Assembly: GCF_000143415.4 (NCBI RefSeq)
Contig: NW_003314321.1
Coordinates: 568,236-632,235 of the forward strand
Origin: Selaginella moellendorffii
Lineage: Eukaryota; Plantae; Lycopodiophyta
Reading direction: 5' to 3'
Length of the DNA: 64,000 bases
Positions 1 to 13,600 of this stretch are shown here, piece after piece. The notes below the pieces were generated by a model. That model was not told the DNA's origin and ran no database searches. It saw nothing but the letters and a program-made list of their open reading frames with translations. The position numbers and the translations under genes were made by a program. Within the stretch, counting starts at the first letter, position 1. Each line of letters begins with the position of its first letter.

Positions 1-195
1 CGTGATCTACCACCCAAAGTTAGCATTGTGGGCTTCTCCTTGGGTGGCATTGTCTCAATTGAGCATAATCCTTGGAGGGATGAGCTGAGTTGTGTCATGT
101 CAGCTATTGGAATCATGGAGGAGTCATCATTGGAAGAAGATGGCACCGAGGATGAGGAGAATGAAGATTACTACTCTAGCATGGAAAGCCCCTAG
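1..195 (+). CDS. 3' end of a kinase-like (CR-kinase-type pseudokinase) gene, paralog of 24121-25673; runs off the window start
   Basis: Frame 1 reads RDLPPKVSIVGFSLGGIVSIEHNPWRDELSCVMSAIGIMEESSLEEDGTEDEENEDYYSSMESP*, nearly the same as the C-terminus of the 24121..25050 ORF. Confidence 0.8.
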   Translation, partial: RDLPPKVSIVGFSLGGIVSIEHNPWRDELSCVMSAIGIMEESSLEEDGTEDEENEDYYSSMESP

Positions 196-394
196 GTAGT
201 TTTGCACGCTCATTTTCATTTCAAGAGTTGAATTTCCTTGTTGGTTTTAATGCTTCTTTTCATTTCAAGGGAACCAAAAGCGAGACTTCTAAAGTCTAGC
301 TAGCCTCCCTTGACTTTTTGATCTTGATCTTGCCTTAAGGACAATAGTGGGAACGATTTCCTCCACCTTAAGTCAAAGGACGCTAGCTAGAGTA

Positions 395-595
395 GGCCAA
401 AGATTGTAAGAACTCTTCAGGCCTGTTCTCTTGCCTGGACGGTTCTTGTTCACCTTCCTCTCCTCGACCTTCCCTGTCGGTTCTGGGAACCTCATGACCT
501 TGCGGGTCTCAAACCTGACCAGCATTCTCGTTGCTTTGAATCTTGAGAATCTTGTTGTAGATGTGGACGTCTCCACGGTACTGGAAGAAATAAAA
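395..595 (-). pseudogene. Decayed copy of the 3' end of the P-type PPR gene at 37006-38908
   Basis: Shares gacgtctccacggtactggaaga, tctcaaacctg and tctgggaacc blocks with 37190-37350, same orientation, with deletions. Confidence 0.7.
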
Positions 596-699
596 ATGCC
601 TCAGAGAAGAGTAAATTTACTCACGAAAGAATCACAATGATAGAAGAACTGAACCAGGAAGGAATAACATTTTCTACATCCACTCGAAGTGGGTGCTTG

Positions 700-930
700 G
701 TGGTGGCCGGCGTCCGAGTAGGCCGAAACCAAAGCTGTCCACGAGCACACGTCTTTGTGAGGTATCTCGTAGAAAAGCTCGCGAGCGGTCTCAAGCTTCC
801 CGAGGAAACTCACAAGAGCGCTTCCAACGCCAGCGTTGAGAGTGGCGGCAGCTGCGTCTGCATTTGCATGTACCAAAGCTCCCAGTCGCAAGTGTCCACA
901 GGCCGCGTAGGAGTTGAGAGCTTCCACAAT
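700..930 (-). pseudogene. PLS-type PPR fragment
   Basis: KLETARELFYEIPHKDVCSWTALVSAYSDAGH and ALNSYAACGHL are PPR motif remnants. Confidence 0.65.
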
Positions 931-1439
931 TGCACTTTGCTCCTTCCAGCTGCATTCGTTGGAGCAATTCGATGTCCAGAGTTTTCGTGTTTAAACACGA
1001 TCAAGTTGACGGGATCCGCAAAATATTTTGACTAAAAGCGTTCAAATGGTGTTGATGACAGTCTTCTGTTTCACTTGTCGCGCTGTAACGTGACTCTATT
1101 TAACGACCGTGTGATTTTATAGTGGGTATCGCCAAGAATTTGTGGTTTAACTAAAGGTTATCAAACAAACTGATCGCCATTCTCAAAACCAGGAACGCAT
1201 CTTCTAAACTTCCGCACACTTACGATCGTGCTTCAAGAATCCAACCTTCAATAGGTTTCCCAGAGTCTACACTCCGCAAAGCAAGAAAAGAAAAGAAAAT
1301 CTGGTAACAAACCTTGCAGAAGCCAAAACAACATCTTGCAAAAGCGAACGTAGAAAACATCCCGATCCTGACGACAATATCCATCCAAAGCAAGTGTACT
1401 TTCTCTGGCAAGCTTATAGATAAGCTTACCTTCGTCGAC

Positions 1440-1625
1440 GATTCCACCAGCAATTGAGATGAAAGTCACCTTGTTTGTTGCAACACCTTCCAATTGCATC
1501 TGGCGAATCATCCCAGAGCCTGCGCGAAGCGAGAATGCTGGACATAACGATCATGCTCGAGTTGGTTCGATCAAAAACGTCCTTGGAACGTTCCAAGCTG
1601 CCACATTTCCCATATGGTCACCGAT
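1440..1625 (-). pseudogene. PLS-type PPR fragment
   Basis: Frameshifted YGKCGSLERSKDVFDR and IRQMQLEGVATNKVTFISI motifs. Confidence 0.6.
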
Positions 1626-1699
1626 GCAGTCACCACAAACAAGTCAGCCTCAAGAACTTCAACTTTCCCAGATTGTAAGTAAGCAAAGAGAATATCTTG

Positions 1700-4362
1700 T
1701 TACCAGTAGTCTCCACAGGAGCAAATCCCACCTTCAAAGTGATGAAACCGAGTTCCATCTCGGACAATAATCCGCCGGCCTGTGATCTTCGACGCCAGTT
1801 TCCCAACAGTATGACAGTCCGAGCACACCCTCAAGTTTTTGATGATCCTCAGCGTCGATCCTGGCGGGCTTGTGATCAACCCAAAACCCATGGCCATCTT
1901 CTCGCTGTGAAACTTGAGCAGCTCCTCTTTCTTGTCATCACTCACGTCGTGGAAAACGTCCCTGGTATCTGGAACATATCCTTCCTCCTCCTTCATCCGA
2001 GAGTAAAGACGCTCAAGCTCCGCCCGGATCTCCAAGTTCCGTGGGTTTGATGTATCTCCCACTGAAAACTCGTAGATTTTGTCCCTGTACTCGATGGAGC
2101 TGCAGCCTGTTTGCCTCTTGACTCCTTTCTTCCTCATGTATCTCCTCAGCTTTGCAACATCATCCCATCTTCCAGCGGCAGCGTACATATTGTTGAGCAG
2201 TACGTAAGAGCCTGGATTCTCCGGCTCAAGCGCCACGATCCTCTTGGTGAGAGCTTTGCCGCGCCTCACGTCCCCATGAACTTTACAGCCACCCAGCAGC
2301 GTCACCAAGGCCACGAAGCTGACTTTGAATGGCATCGTGTGTAACACATGCTCCGCTTCTTTCAGCCACCCTGCTCGTCCCAGAAGATCTATAAACCCGA
2401 CCGTGTTTTCCTCGTCTCGTTCTATGCCGAAGTCCTGGCTTAAACCCATGAAATAGTCGATCCCTTCGTACAGTCGTCCACCGTGGCTGCAGGCGTGAAG
2501 AACACTTGAAGCGGTCACCTCGTTCTGTGCTATCCCCTGTAAGTTCATCAGGTGCGAGAGCTCCAAGGCTTCTTCGGCGTGGCCGTGTTGAGCGCTTGCA
2601 GCGATCATAGCGCTCCACGAAACCACGTCCTTGTTTGAAATGCCATCGAAGGATTTCTTTGCGTCGGCCAGGCTTCCGCACTTGGCGTACATGTTCACCA
2701 GTGCTGTTCCGAGAATGACGTCCTTCTCGAAACCACAGGAAGTGCTGCATTCGTGGATAAATTTTCCTTCTCTGAGGGCTCCCAGACTGGCACACGAGTC
2801 TACCACGCTGGAAAACGTGAACCTGTATGCAAAGCAAACGATGAACCGTTAGAAAGAAGGAAAACAAATAGAAGGTATTTCACGTACCTGTCAGGAGTGA
2901 AGCCCTCGAGTAACATATTCTTATAGAGAAACAAGGCGTCCTTCCCCTTATCAAACTGTGCATAAGCAGCGAGCATCGTGTTCCAAGCTCCGAGTTCTTT
3001 CTTCTCGATGCTGTAAAAGTACCTCCGTGCGCTCTCCAAACTCCCACACCTTGTAAACATGCTTATCAGATTGTTCTGCATTGCAAAGTCCCTGTCAAAC
3101 CCCCTAGCAGTGATCCTTACGTGTAGCATTCTCCCATCTTCCAGCCTCTTGGGACTTGCACACGCTCCCAGAATGCTGGAGAAAGTGTAGATATCCGGAG
3201 TGTGGCCCAGCGTGCACATCCTGTGGAACAAAGAAAACGCGTCCTTGTCATGTCCATAGAGAGTGTAAGCAGCGATCATCGCATTCCAGCTTACCACGTC
3301 CTTGACATCCATGGTGAGGAACAAGCTCTTGGAATCCTTCAAGCTGCCACACTTTGCATACATGGTGATGAGAGCGTTTCTCACACTTATGTTTCCAAAG
3401 TGCTTGCTCTCAAGTATGTGCTTGTGGATGTGCTTGCCGTCGAGCAGAAAATCCGGACTGGAGCAAGCTCCAAGGATTGCTGCGTACGTGAAAGCATCTG
3501 GCTCCAGCCCCTGCGATCGCATCTTCCAGTAAGTATCAAGAGCCAAATCGTTCTTGCCATGACGAACATACGCACCTATCATGGCAGTCACCGAAATAAT
3601 GTCTCGCATAGCTCCCATGGACCGAAAGACGCTCTCGGCCTCCTCTAGGCACCCGCACTTCGCGAAGAGATGGATCAAAGACGTGGCTACCACCACGTCC
3701 TTCTCAAATCCAAGCTCCTCGGCTTTTCGCTGGACCATTCTCCCTTCTTCCACGTCCAAAAGTTTCGTGCATGCCGCCAGGACGCTGGAGAGGGTGTAAG
3801 CGTCGATGGAGATCTCTTTTCTCACCATCTCCTTGTAAACTTCCAGTGCCTCTTGGTACATTGCGTTCTGGACGTAGCACTCGACGAGGATGCTCCAGGA
3901 GAAGGCGTTGCGCTGCTTGATTCGATCGAAAACCTGGCGGGCATCCTCCGGGCTCTTGCATTTCCCATACATTTGGATGATCATATTGGCCAAGAATGTG
4001 TCGTGCTCGTCGTCCGCGTGATCCCTGATGTGCTCGTGGACGAGCTTGCCATCGATCAGAGCCCTCTCTTGGCCGCATTTCTTGAGCAATCTCACGTACT
4101 CGGGGAAATCCAGGGCGGACTTCGCCTCGGAGAGGCTGCTCTCCAGGCCGGGAATCCGATAGAATTTCCACAGAGGATATTTCTCCTCGAATCTTACCGG
4201 GCCCTTGATCCTCCAGGGCTCGCGCTCCTCGCGCTCCTCGCGCGGAAGCTCCTTCCATCGCCTGCGATCTTCGACCTTGCGGCGCAGCTCCCGGTTCTGG
4301 ATGCGCTCCTTGGCAGGGCTCACCTCCTTGACAAGCGGGAGAGGCCCGAGGCAACCCTCCAT
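1700..4362 (-). CDS. PLS-class PPR protein with E and DYW deaminase domains (organellar C-to-U editing factor), ~865 aa; exons 4362-2888 and 2822-1700
   Basis: P/L/S repeats (MYGKC, VVSWNAMIAAY), PG-box-like KRQTGCSSIE, HSEK and CSDCH zinc ligands, terminal CSCGDYW; a 65-nt GT..AG intron (2887-2823) joins the two ORFs in frame (PDR|FTFSSVVD). Confidence 0.93.
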
Positions 4363-4493
4363 AGCAAAGATAACCTAATTTATGATTTGATGAATATGCT
4401 TTACTTCAAAGTCAGCATATTCTTTTATTAAGTACGCTTTAAAAAATAGGAAGGATGTATAAATCTCTTTTTTCCAAATATGTAAAATCAAGT

Positions 4494-4661
4494 TGTGAGT
4501 GCATGAAATATAGAACAGGAATACAAAAAATGTGCATATCAGTTATCCCAAAAACCATAATTTATATATAAGAGGGAATAGTTTGGATTAAAACCAATCT
4601 AACGACTACCAAAATCCCACTGTATTAATATTAATATACAACTGTATACTTGGACTTCATA
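4494..4661 (-). repeat. 3' LTR of the outer gypsy element (~170 bp)
   Basis: Starts tgtgagtgcatg, aligns by eye with 17073-17247; adjacent ttatcccttcctttt is a PPT on the minus strand. Confidence 0.75.
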
Positions 4662-5903
4662 TTATCCCTTCCTTTTGGAATAATGAAAGATCATTAAAGT
4701 TTTCTTGTAAATGGGTTGAAATCTGAAGGAACATCAAAATGAGGCATTGATGGATCTATATGTGATATCAATTGTTCCTAATCCCTTGTATGAAGTGTTT
4801 TAATTATTGCACATGCACAATTTCTGAAGGATCGACCTATTGAATGTTATGCTAAGCCTCATAAACTTGTAGTCTAACTTGCCTCAACACCCAATATGGT
4901 CTTTTTAATTAAGCAAAGAGCCCTTTAGATAAACCACATACCATATAATGGGGAAACAAACTAACATCAAATCATCCACTTTATACTCCATAAGTGGATA
5001 ATGATGAGAATTGTAATGCAGTTGTTATATGCAGCCCAAGTGTTCGGTAAATTTTGCTCGGACAAGCGGAAGAATGCTTGTCAAATATTGATCCCACGAT
5101 TTAGTATTGGTAGCTCATGATAATCGTGAAGGTAAACACAACTCCGTTGATAATATTAGATCATGACTATATAAGAATTTATATAGTGAAGCATGAACAA
5201 AACTTTGCACCCCTATGATATATACATACTAAAGAGACAGCAAATAACCATCCCAATCCAAGTGTTAAAAGATTATGTACTTTGTGATTATCCCTTTGAA
5301 TGACCGAACGAGCTATTTCACCAAACTGTTTAATTATGGATGATAAGCACTCGTGAAAGTGTGGTTTATCCTCAATCGAGACATTAAAACATGAAATGCC
5401 TCAACCATAAATAAGGGACTATTATCCAAAAGAATACGCTCTAAACAAAAATATTGAAATACCACTTGATTGAGGAGAAAGTATCTAACAACAGTTGCAA
5501 AGGCACTAATAAAAGCACCAACTTCCACTTAGCAAGTCAAATAATTAGAAGCATAATAATATACTCATTGCTAACAGTCGATCATGGAAAAGGTCCCATA
5601 AAATTAAACACCACCAACTCAAACAAATGAGAAATTATAATTGACTCTAACCATCCTTCCACAACACAAGGGGGAGTATAACAAGCTTTGCACCAAATAC
5701 AATTACGCATATACTGAATAATATCACATTGCATCTTTAGCCTATGTAGCTTCTTAGTCATACAATGATGTCCCATATGCCCACCTAGAACAAAAGAATC
5801 ATGGTAGGCATGAAGAAACTATGGAATAAAGATTGAAGGCACCACCAACTGTAAATGATCATCAAGATCCGTCCTCACAAAATAAAGAAAGTTGTCTTCA
5901 AGG

Positions 5904-6513
5904 CCGTGTTACAAACACGGCCGGGATCCCGGCCGTGTTCACCGTGTTTCACGAACACGGCCATGGGTCGTGTTCCCACGGCCGTGTTCGTGAACAGTGG
6001 TCCGTGTTACTAACACGGACCACTGTTCAGAATATTCTTGTGCGGAATATTCTGGTTTTAGGGCGCACGGCATCACACGACAATCCAGCCAGGGCGCACC
6101 ATTTCAGGGCACAGCAGCAGCAATCCAAGGCAAACAAGCATGGCGCAGCAGGACAGTTCCTCATCCTGAAGACGAGCTTGAGTCAGGACAGGAAGAGGAA
6201 GATGGAGATGATGTCGAAGATCGTGAGGTCGAAGATCATGAGGTTGAAGATGACGATGAGATGCAGGATATTTGAGTAGTTTAAAAGTGTGAAGTAGTTT
6301 ATGTGCAAATAAAAATATTAAGAATAATATAATAAAATATAGCATATTCCTATAATAATATAATAAGAAATAGAATATAATTTTTAAATAACATATTCTT
6401 AGAATATTCAGTAGAATATTCGTGAGCCATCGTGGGCCGTGATCGTGTTCCGTGTTCGGGTTCCTGAAATCTGAGGCTCGTGTTCGTGTTCCGTGTTCGT
6501 GTTCGTAACTATG
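5904..6513. mobile_element. Non-autonomous hAT-type DNA transposon (610 bp) inserted in the gypsy pol region
   Basis: 8-bp TSD CTTCAAGG (5896-5903, 6514-6521); imperfect TIRs CCGTGTTACAAACACG / rc CATAGTTACGAACACG; subterminal CGTGTT repeats; internal acidic ORF tail. Confidence 0.85.
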
Positions 6514-9477
6514 CTTCAAGGTGATGTTGAGAATGTAAATGCTAAAATAATAAATCATTAGCAAATGATGCAAAATTCTCAAACCCATATCAAAGCCTTC
6601 GAATCTATAGCTCAATCTTTTGAGCCTCGCAAACCTCATCAAGATAAAGTAAATTTTTCTCTACACCTTATGGACACTGAATATCAAATACAATAACCAC
6701 TGACAGCACAGAATCTTTGTTTAGAAAATCCACAAATGTTGGAACAACAAGCACATAAAAAACATAAAAAGAGAGTGAAGAAGGAAGAAAAGCTCGAAAA
6801 AGGGCATTAGCATTAGCCATAAAACTCCCTGGGCGATGAACAACATGAAAATTATATATTTGAAGTTTCAAAGCCCACCAAGTAGTACGACCAACCAAAT
6901 TCTTTTACTTCAATAATGAAGTAACAACAATATGATCACCTTTTAGTAATATCCTAGAACCATGTAGATATAAATAAAGTTTCTTGAAACCCCAAACTAC
7001 TACTAAACACTCTTTTGTCGTGGAGTAGTTCACCTCCGCTGGTTATAATGTGCAATGGGATGGTGCTAACTAAGCACATTTAGGTTCTTTTGCATCAACA
7101 CACCTCCAAGACCAATATAAAAAACATCCATGTGCAAAATAAAAAATCAAGTGTAGTCAAGATACACCAAAACTAGAGGAGTCGTCAATAACTCCTTGAA
7201 ATCTATGAACACTTGTTTACAGTTTACAGACCAAATGAAAAATGACTTTAACAATGCTTACAATAGTGTTGTGCGATTAGAAAGATAATTCACAAAACGA
7301 TTGAGATATTGCACCTTGCCCAGGAAGCGCTGCACATCATTCACACACTTCGGAATAGGGAATTTTAGATTAGCCACAAATTTGTCAGGATCAACTTACA
7401 AACCTTCACGAGAAATATGGTACCCAAGATAAGTCATATCCTTGGACTTAAACACACATTTTGACTGCTTCAGCTTTAAACCAACTTCTCGTAGTCGATA
7501 TAACACTTTATAAATATCATGGATGTGTTCCTCCTATATCCCCTTCGAGTGGATTAAAACATTATTGATGAAGTCAGCAATCACCTCTGGCATATCACAA
7601 AAAACCTCATCCATTATCTACTGGAAAGTCGTTGGAGCATTGTTCAAACCAAACGGCATCACCAAAAACTTGTACAAACTAAACGATATATGAAAAATAG
7701 TCTTAGGAATATCTTCTTTGGCCATTGATATTTGCTAGTATCTAGAAGCAAGATCTAGCTTGGTGAACTAACAACTTCTCCCGAAACGATCTAAGAGATT
7801 AACTATGTAAGGAAAATGGTATACATCTAGGATCGTCACTTCGTTTAACGGATGAAAGTCAATGCAGAAATAAATACTCCTAAGGATTTCATGACTTTCA
7901 AATAACACCCTTTTGTAACATCTTCTTGACATTTGCATGTAAAATCTTAATCTCTTTGGGTAACCCACGACAAATAGGGACTTTGATTGGACAAGCATCT
8001 TTAGTTAAAATCAGATAACATGTGGCAATTTTGGCTCTAAATGATATGTCAAATTCAAAGAGATCAGCATATTCCTTCATAAGCCGGACAATTGTTACAA
8101 TATAAAGACCGTTGGAGGGATCAAAAAAGGGAAGAGGGGAACAAGACAGAAATATAAGAGGAAGTAATGGGGAGACAAAAGTAATGGAAGCATGGGTAGA
8201 AGCAAATGGATAAAAAGGTATGAAAATGAAAGGAATAGATGAAATATAAAAAAGTATAAAACAAGGGGGAGAAGCCTCAAAGTCACATTTTGTATGATTG
8301 TGGGCAATCTTGAGTTTGAGTTGCAGTCATTGCGGGTAGTGCCAAGTTTTAAGCTTTTGACCTTATCCTTGGTATAGATTGGTTGTAGCACACGCACAAC
8401 TAGATCTGTCTCATCCTGTGCATATGCATGTGTATGTAGATAGCAACATATGGCAATAGATCAAGCAATAAAAAATAAACTCAAATCTATATCAACCAAT
8501 ACGGAAAAAATAATATGAGACCTCTTGTTATAAAAACAAGTTTAAAAAGTAAACATTGGCTGAACTGGTGCCAAGTGAACTCTTTGATGATACTCTCGAA
8601 AGAAAGATGAAAGGTCACTAACTTATTTGCGCAAGATCCTTCCATTACTCATATGATTCCTCATTTTCCAGATGCATCTCAGTATCTAGACATTCCACTA
8701 CATCAGCACCAACAAGACGTTGTTGATGCCAAAGTTTCCACGCAGGAAATAAAGGCCGCGAATCCAGAAAATATTGACAATGCCAATAAGTGTGACCAAC
8801 TTCATCATACACTCAACAGTGACTATCACGGCTATAACCATGTCCTCACCTTTGTCCTTGAACTCGAGTAGTAGTAGCATCAACCTTTATTAAAACAAGA
8901 CTATCTCTCACAGAAAATGGAGTTGAAGGATGTGTAATGAGAAATAGAAGAGGCAACATCTCATAACGTTGTGCCAAGCAAAAGGTATTATCAAAGGTAG
9001 CTAAAGCAAGTACATGCACAAATCCTACAAGATCTTGACGAAGTGTTAGCCACAATATTCCCAACTTGATCTGCTTTAACATATTTAGCTCTACATGAAG
9101 CAAGAAGTTTTGGAAACAAATACAAATTGCATCACTAACTCAAATAGCTTTTGACAAAGATGATGCAATTGTTAGAAGGCATCATCATAATCATTGATAT
9201 ATCCAAATATGTGTTTAAAGACGTCTAAGAGAATATTTCAATCCTCACAAGTGGCTGCACTCAAATCATTGTACCACTACAATGCCATCCTTTGGAGACA
9301 CGTGGGAAACTCATATAAATATCGAGCATCATCCCAAGAATGATATATGGCAATCACCATGAAATGATCGAACCAATAATACACATCATCCCCAGGATTC
9401 CCATGAAAGAACTCTGGTCGAATGCAAGGATTGGCACCAAGAGTAGGAGCTATACCACGTGTCATGAATGTCATTAT

Positions 9478-10627
9478 TGTTGCGAATGTGACTTCGGGTA
9501 TCGAAAGTTACCTGTCAGCTAGTCCTTTCGGATATTCTTTCCTTACTGTCACGATGGCAGGAGGTCGGTATTGCTGAACCCGTTATCAGTTCCCAGTTGA
9601 GCTAGTTGAGAAACTGGTCAATGAACATGCACTTAGATTGGATAAACATAAGGTAGGAACCCTATGTGTTTCTTGCTGAGCATACTCGGCCTAGTTTGAG
9701 AAACTTGAGTCATTGGCTTGCACTTGCTAGTATCAAGAACCCCCGTGATATTGAGATTGGTCCCTCAATATCGCTAGATGATAGCTTACCGTGTCTGCCA
9801 AACACCCTCGCTATCATGCCCTTTGTGTTAGTCTCATTTCGGTCCCAAATACTATTTATGGAAAGTGTCCAGATTTGCTCATTTGGCATATCTACGAAAT
9901 GTAGAGATCATCCTGAACACAATGGTGTTCGTCCCGTGTCCAAATTCGCAATCTAGGGATATTCCATATTTAGTAAGTTTCGAGCTTGTCCCAGAGACTA
10001 ACTCCTGATACTAAGGGAGGCTTGGGGTGAAAGCCCAAAGCGTGTGTTCCTCAAGGGGGGGGGGGGGGGGCTGTGGGGGGTTCCAAATGTATAGTAGGGA
10101 TAGTGGGTAGGTTGGGCATGGCCGACCAACCTGAGGCATAGTCTAGCGCCCGCTTGCGTGCCTGTCCTTGTTCTGCATTCAGCTTGGGTCTAAGCCCAAG
10201 TTCCATTCCATGCTAGCTGGTGGAGTACCCATGTCCTCGCGTTAGGCCACCGGTATGCCGAAATAGTGCCAGACTCTGTTTGGCTCCGTTTTGCATGTTG
10301 GTCCTGGCATTGGGATGCTGGTTACTCTAGGACTGTTCCAAGTCGCTTCGGGCTCCTGTCCCTTCGCTCCTTGGGCTTTATGCTCGGGAGTTGCTCCGTG
10401 GTTCGGTTCCATCATTCCTTGGCTCCATGCTTGGGAGTTTGGCACCGTTCCCTCGTTCAGTGGCCCAAGGCCCTGAACCTCGGGTTCCTATGGACACGTG
10501 GCATGGACATGTGGCATGTGACACGTGGCATCTGTCACGTGGCACAAAGAGGGTTTAGGTTCCGCTTCGTGGTGTTATCCTATGGTAAATCACCATAGGA
10601 TAAAGGGTCAAAACCACGTGCGCTACA
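9478..10627 (+). repeat. 5' LTR (1150 bp)
   Basis: Direct repeat of 15609-16738; followed by PBS. Confidence 0.93.
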
Positions 10628-13600
10628 TTTGGTATCAGAGGATGAGTCTCAACGAGTACTATTCAATGAGATTGGGCAACGAGTCTCGTTGCATACGCAA
10701 AGATGAAAACGATGTTCCGAGTGGGTACACGTTTGGTGCAAAGGGTTCACATTCGTTCCTTGGGTATGGTTTTGGTTACCTTTTATACCTAATAATGTGA
10801 GCTTGCTCTTGGGTTCATAGGATGGATTTGAGATGATCCGTTAGCACGAGTTTACGCTTGGGCTTGTGTGTGAGGCACATTAGCAACTCAAGGTTACGTT
10901 TTGAGTTGCCAGGATTAATGTTAGCCTATCGGCGGTTCCATGAGTTGTTCCATGTACCGTGGGTAAAAGCAAACCTTCCCTGAGTTTGCTATGAGTGCAA
11001 ATAGGCTGGTCCGTAGCTGTTTAGCACAGCACTAGTGGATCCTTCCTAGGCATGATTACAAGTGAATCAACCAAGACTGTAGGGATTAGTTTATTGGTTC
11101 AAGTAGTCATTGCCGTGCTCTCTCATAAACTTTTCTTGGATTGGACTGAAGGCAATGCGAAAGCAAGCTTGAGGTTTAGTCAAAGATGAGACCGAAAAAA
11201 GAGTCATCGGGGACGAAGGATCAAACACGTAAATCATGTTCTCTTCTCGGAGGGATGATTTGCAACGAGGTGTGACTCATTGCTCATGTTCACATTATGC
11301 AATCAAGAGTCCCTACCTTGATGCATGTTGGAGATGATGGTCTTACAAATGGTGAGTTGTGGGACGGATAGCGGTGAAGCGCTATACCATTTTGTCTAGG
11401 CTTGCTATTGGAAGACTTGGGTTGCAATGCTCAATTCTTTTCCGGGGAACCTTGCTATTGTTCCTTGAGTAGCTTGGTGTTGGATTAGTTTTGAGTTTGG
11501 TCGAAAAAAGAGTGGCATGTGCTTATCCATGTTGTGAACAAAAGTTAGTGGTGTTGGGTGTTGTAAATCTCTATCGGTGGAGTGTGGCATTTATGTTGCA
11601 TTTTGTCGAATCGAGTTGACACTTGATAGTCACATAAACCTTTGAAGTAATGACATGGGTGTTGCTCATGGTGTTTCTCAATTGATGATCAAGTCATTGT
11701 AATACTTATATCATATCCATGTGATAATGAGTAATGTGTTTACGAAATTGCTTGGTTAAACGATGATCAACCCCAAAGTGGTTGATGGAAAAGCTAGTCT
11801 ACTTGCACGAAGTAGCATTGTAGTAGCTTTGACTGGATTCTCGATAGTGGTCCATTATGCTAAGCTTATATTGGTACCTCGTTCCCTTGAGTTTGCCCAT
11901 AAAGTGTTGGAAAAAGGGTTATAGCATTCATTTGCTATAGCTTGTTGAATGATCTGTTAACACTTGGAGTAGATTGTTAGATGGAGACGATGTGTAGTTG
12001 AGGCATTGACATTACTAGCACTTGTGTTAGTGGAAGTGGCATTGTTGATTCGAGTGATGAGGAATTTTCCTTAGAGCTTGATTTTCCATGTCATTTTTTT
12101 TGTTAGTGTTTTGGCTTCACATTGGATCTATTGGATGGTTGAAGAAGAGTGTTAGTGCAATGTGGATGTCCGAAGATGTGGTCTTCGTGATCAAGCTTTA
12201 GATGTTCATTTTTGCACTTTGTGGATGTCAATGTTAGATGTCGGAAGTATGGGCAAAAAGAGATGTTCGAGGCTTAAGCATACTATGGGTCTCGAGAATT
12301 TGTGTTGAGGTGAACATATATGAAGTTGTTAGTAGGAGGAAGTTGGTTGAGTCTTGAAAGTTTGCATTCCTGGATTGAGAGCTATTCTTTCTCTAGGATG
12401 GAAAATTTTCCACAAATTTTCTTAAACTTTTCCAATGGCTGATCTGTTATCACTTTGTCTAAAAACCATTCTGTTTTCGTAAGCCAGTACAAACTAGTGA
12501 AGGGGTTGGAGTTGACTTCAGTTGGCTTAGATCTTAGTAGGTAGTTTGTATGATGCAGCCCGAAAGGGATGCTAGCTTTTGGGGCTAAGGCAATTGAGTT
12601 GGATAGAGTCTGGAGTTAGTGTAGAAAAGTGGCTGTTGCACTTTTCTAGAAAGGTGACCCTTGTGCCTTTCTTCTGTAGCGTTATGCTTGGTGGCAGGTT
12701 GCACCCTGCATTTCGTTAGACTCTATGAGAGTAGTGAGCTCTCACTCATCTTGACTTGGTCTTGGTGGCTTTGCTCCTTGGCTAAGGATGGTGATGTCCA
12801 ACTTAGTTGTTTAAGGTTAAGATGTTGGTACCTATACTATAGCTTTGTTTATGAGGAGGTTGTGTACCGATATGAGTCCATCTCATGGTCTTTACTTTAG
12901 TTTCGACTTGGTGTTGATCATGTGTAGCTAGCCTCTTCAAGGCATGCTCAGAGCTATTGACTAAATGTGTTGGTGAGCTTATCGTAGTTGAGTTGGATTT
13001 GAGTGGTCATTTAGTTCGTGCTTGTCCATAAACCTTTATCTCGTACCTGGGGTATTACGTTTCTATTGGACAAGTATATGACTCGATGACATGAGCTTAG
13101 TGTTTGGGCCTTATAAAGGCAAGTTGAAGGGTGATTGTTGGTTGCTTTGCAACTAGTGATTACCTGTAAACTTAGTCGAGGACTGTTGACACTTGCTTCA
13201 CTCGATGAACATTTAGCAGTGGTGGGCTTGCTTTACCGGATGGTGTTGCAGAGGATCGTGTCGTTACACTTACGTGGGTTTTCCATGTTGGCATTTTGAC
13301 TCTACCTCTGTCGATATCATTTGGTTACGTTTGGTCTGTAGTGTTGGATTTCATTGAGTCGTGGATGTGGTGAATCACTCCTTGATGATGTGTTATCTAT
13401 AAATGAGTTTTGCTGAAAGATTGGTCTCGGATACTAAGTAAAGTATCTTCGACCTTGGTTAGCTTGGTTGTTAGAGAGTTTTGAGTGGTGATTCACTCTT
13501 GCTTTCTTCTAGCTTTGTTATGGTGTTAATGGCATTGAAGTGATGCCTTGTCATTGATATTATTGATGTTGAGATTCAAGTGAAATGAAATGTTTCTCCT

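Noticed and set aside
3670-4431. 253-aa plus-strand ORF, and similar long antisense ORFs at 43715-44503 and 45184-46086
   Set aside because: Antisense to well-supported GC-rich genes, with no recognisable motifs
4489-4493. Target-site duplication for the outer gypsy element
   Set aside because: Left flank CAAGT does not match the right flank, which is a microsatellite
9990-10050. Hammerhead or twister ribozyme in the LTR (retrozyme idea)
   Set aside because: CTGATAC rather than CTGANGA, and no convincing stems or twister pseudoknot pairing on either strand
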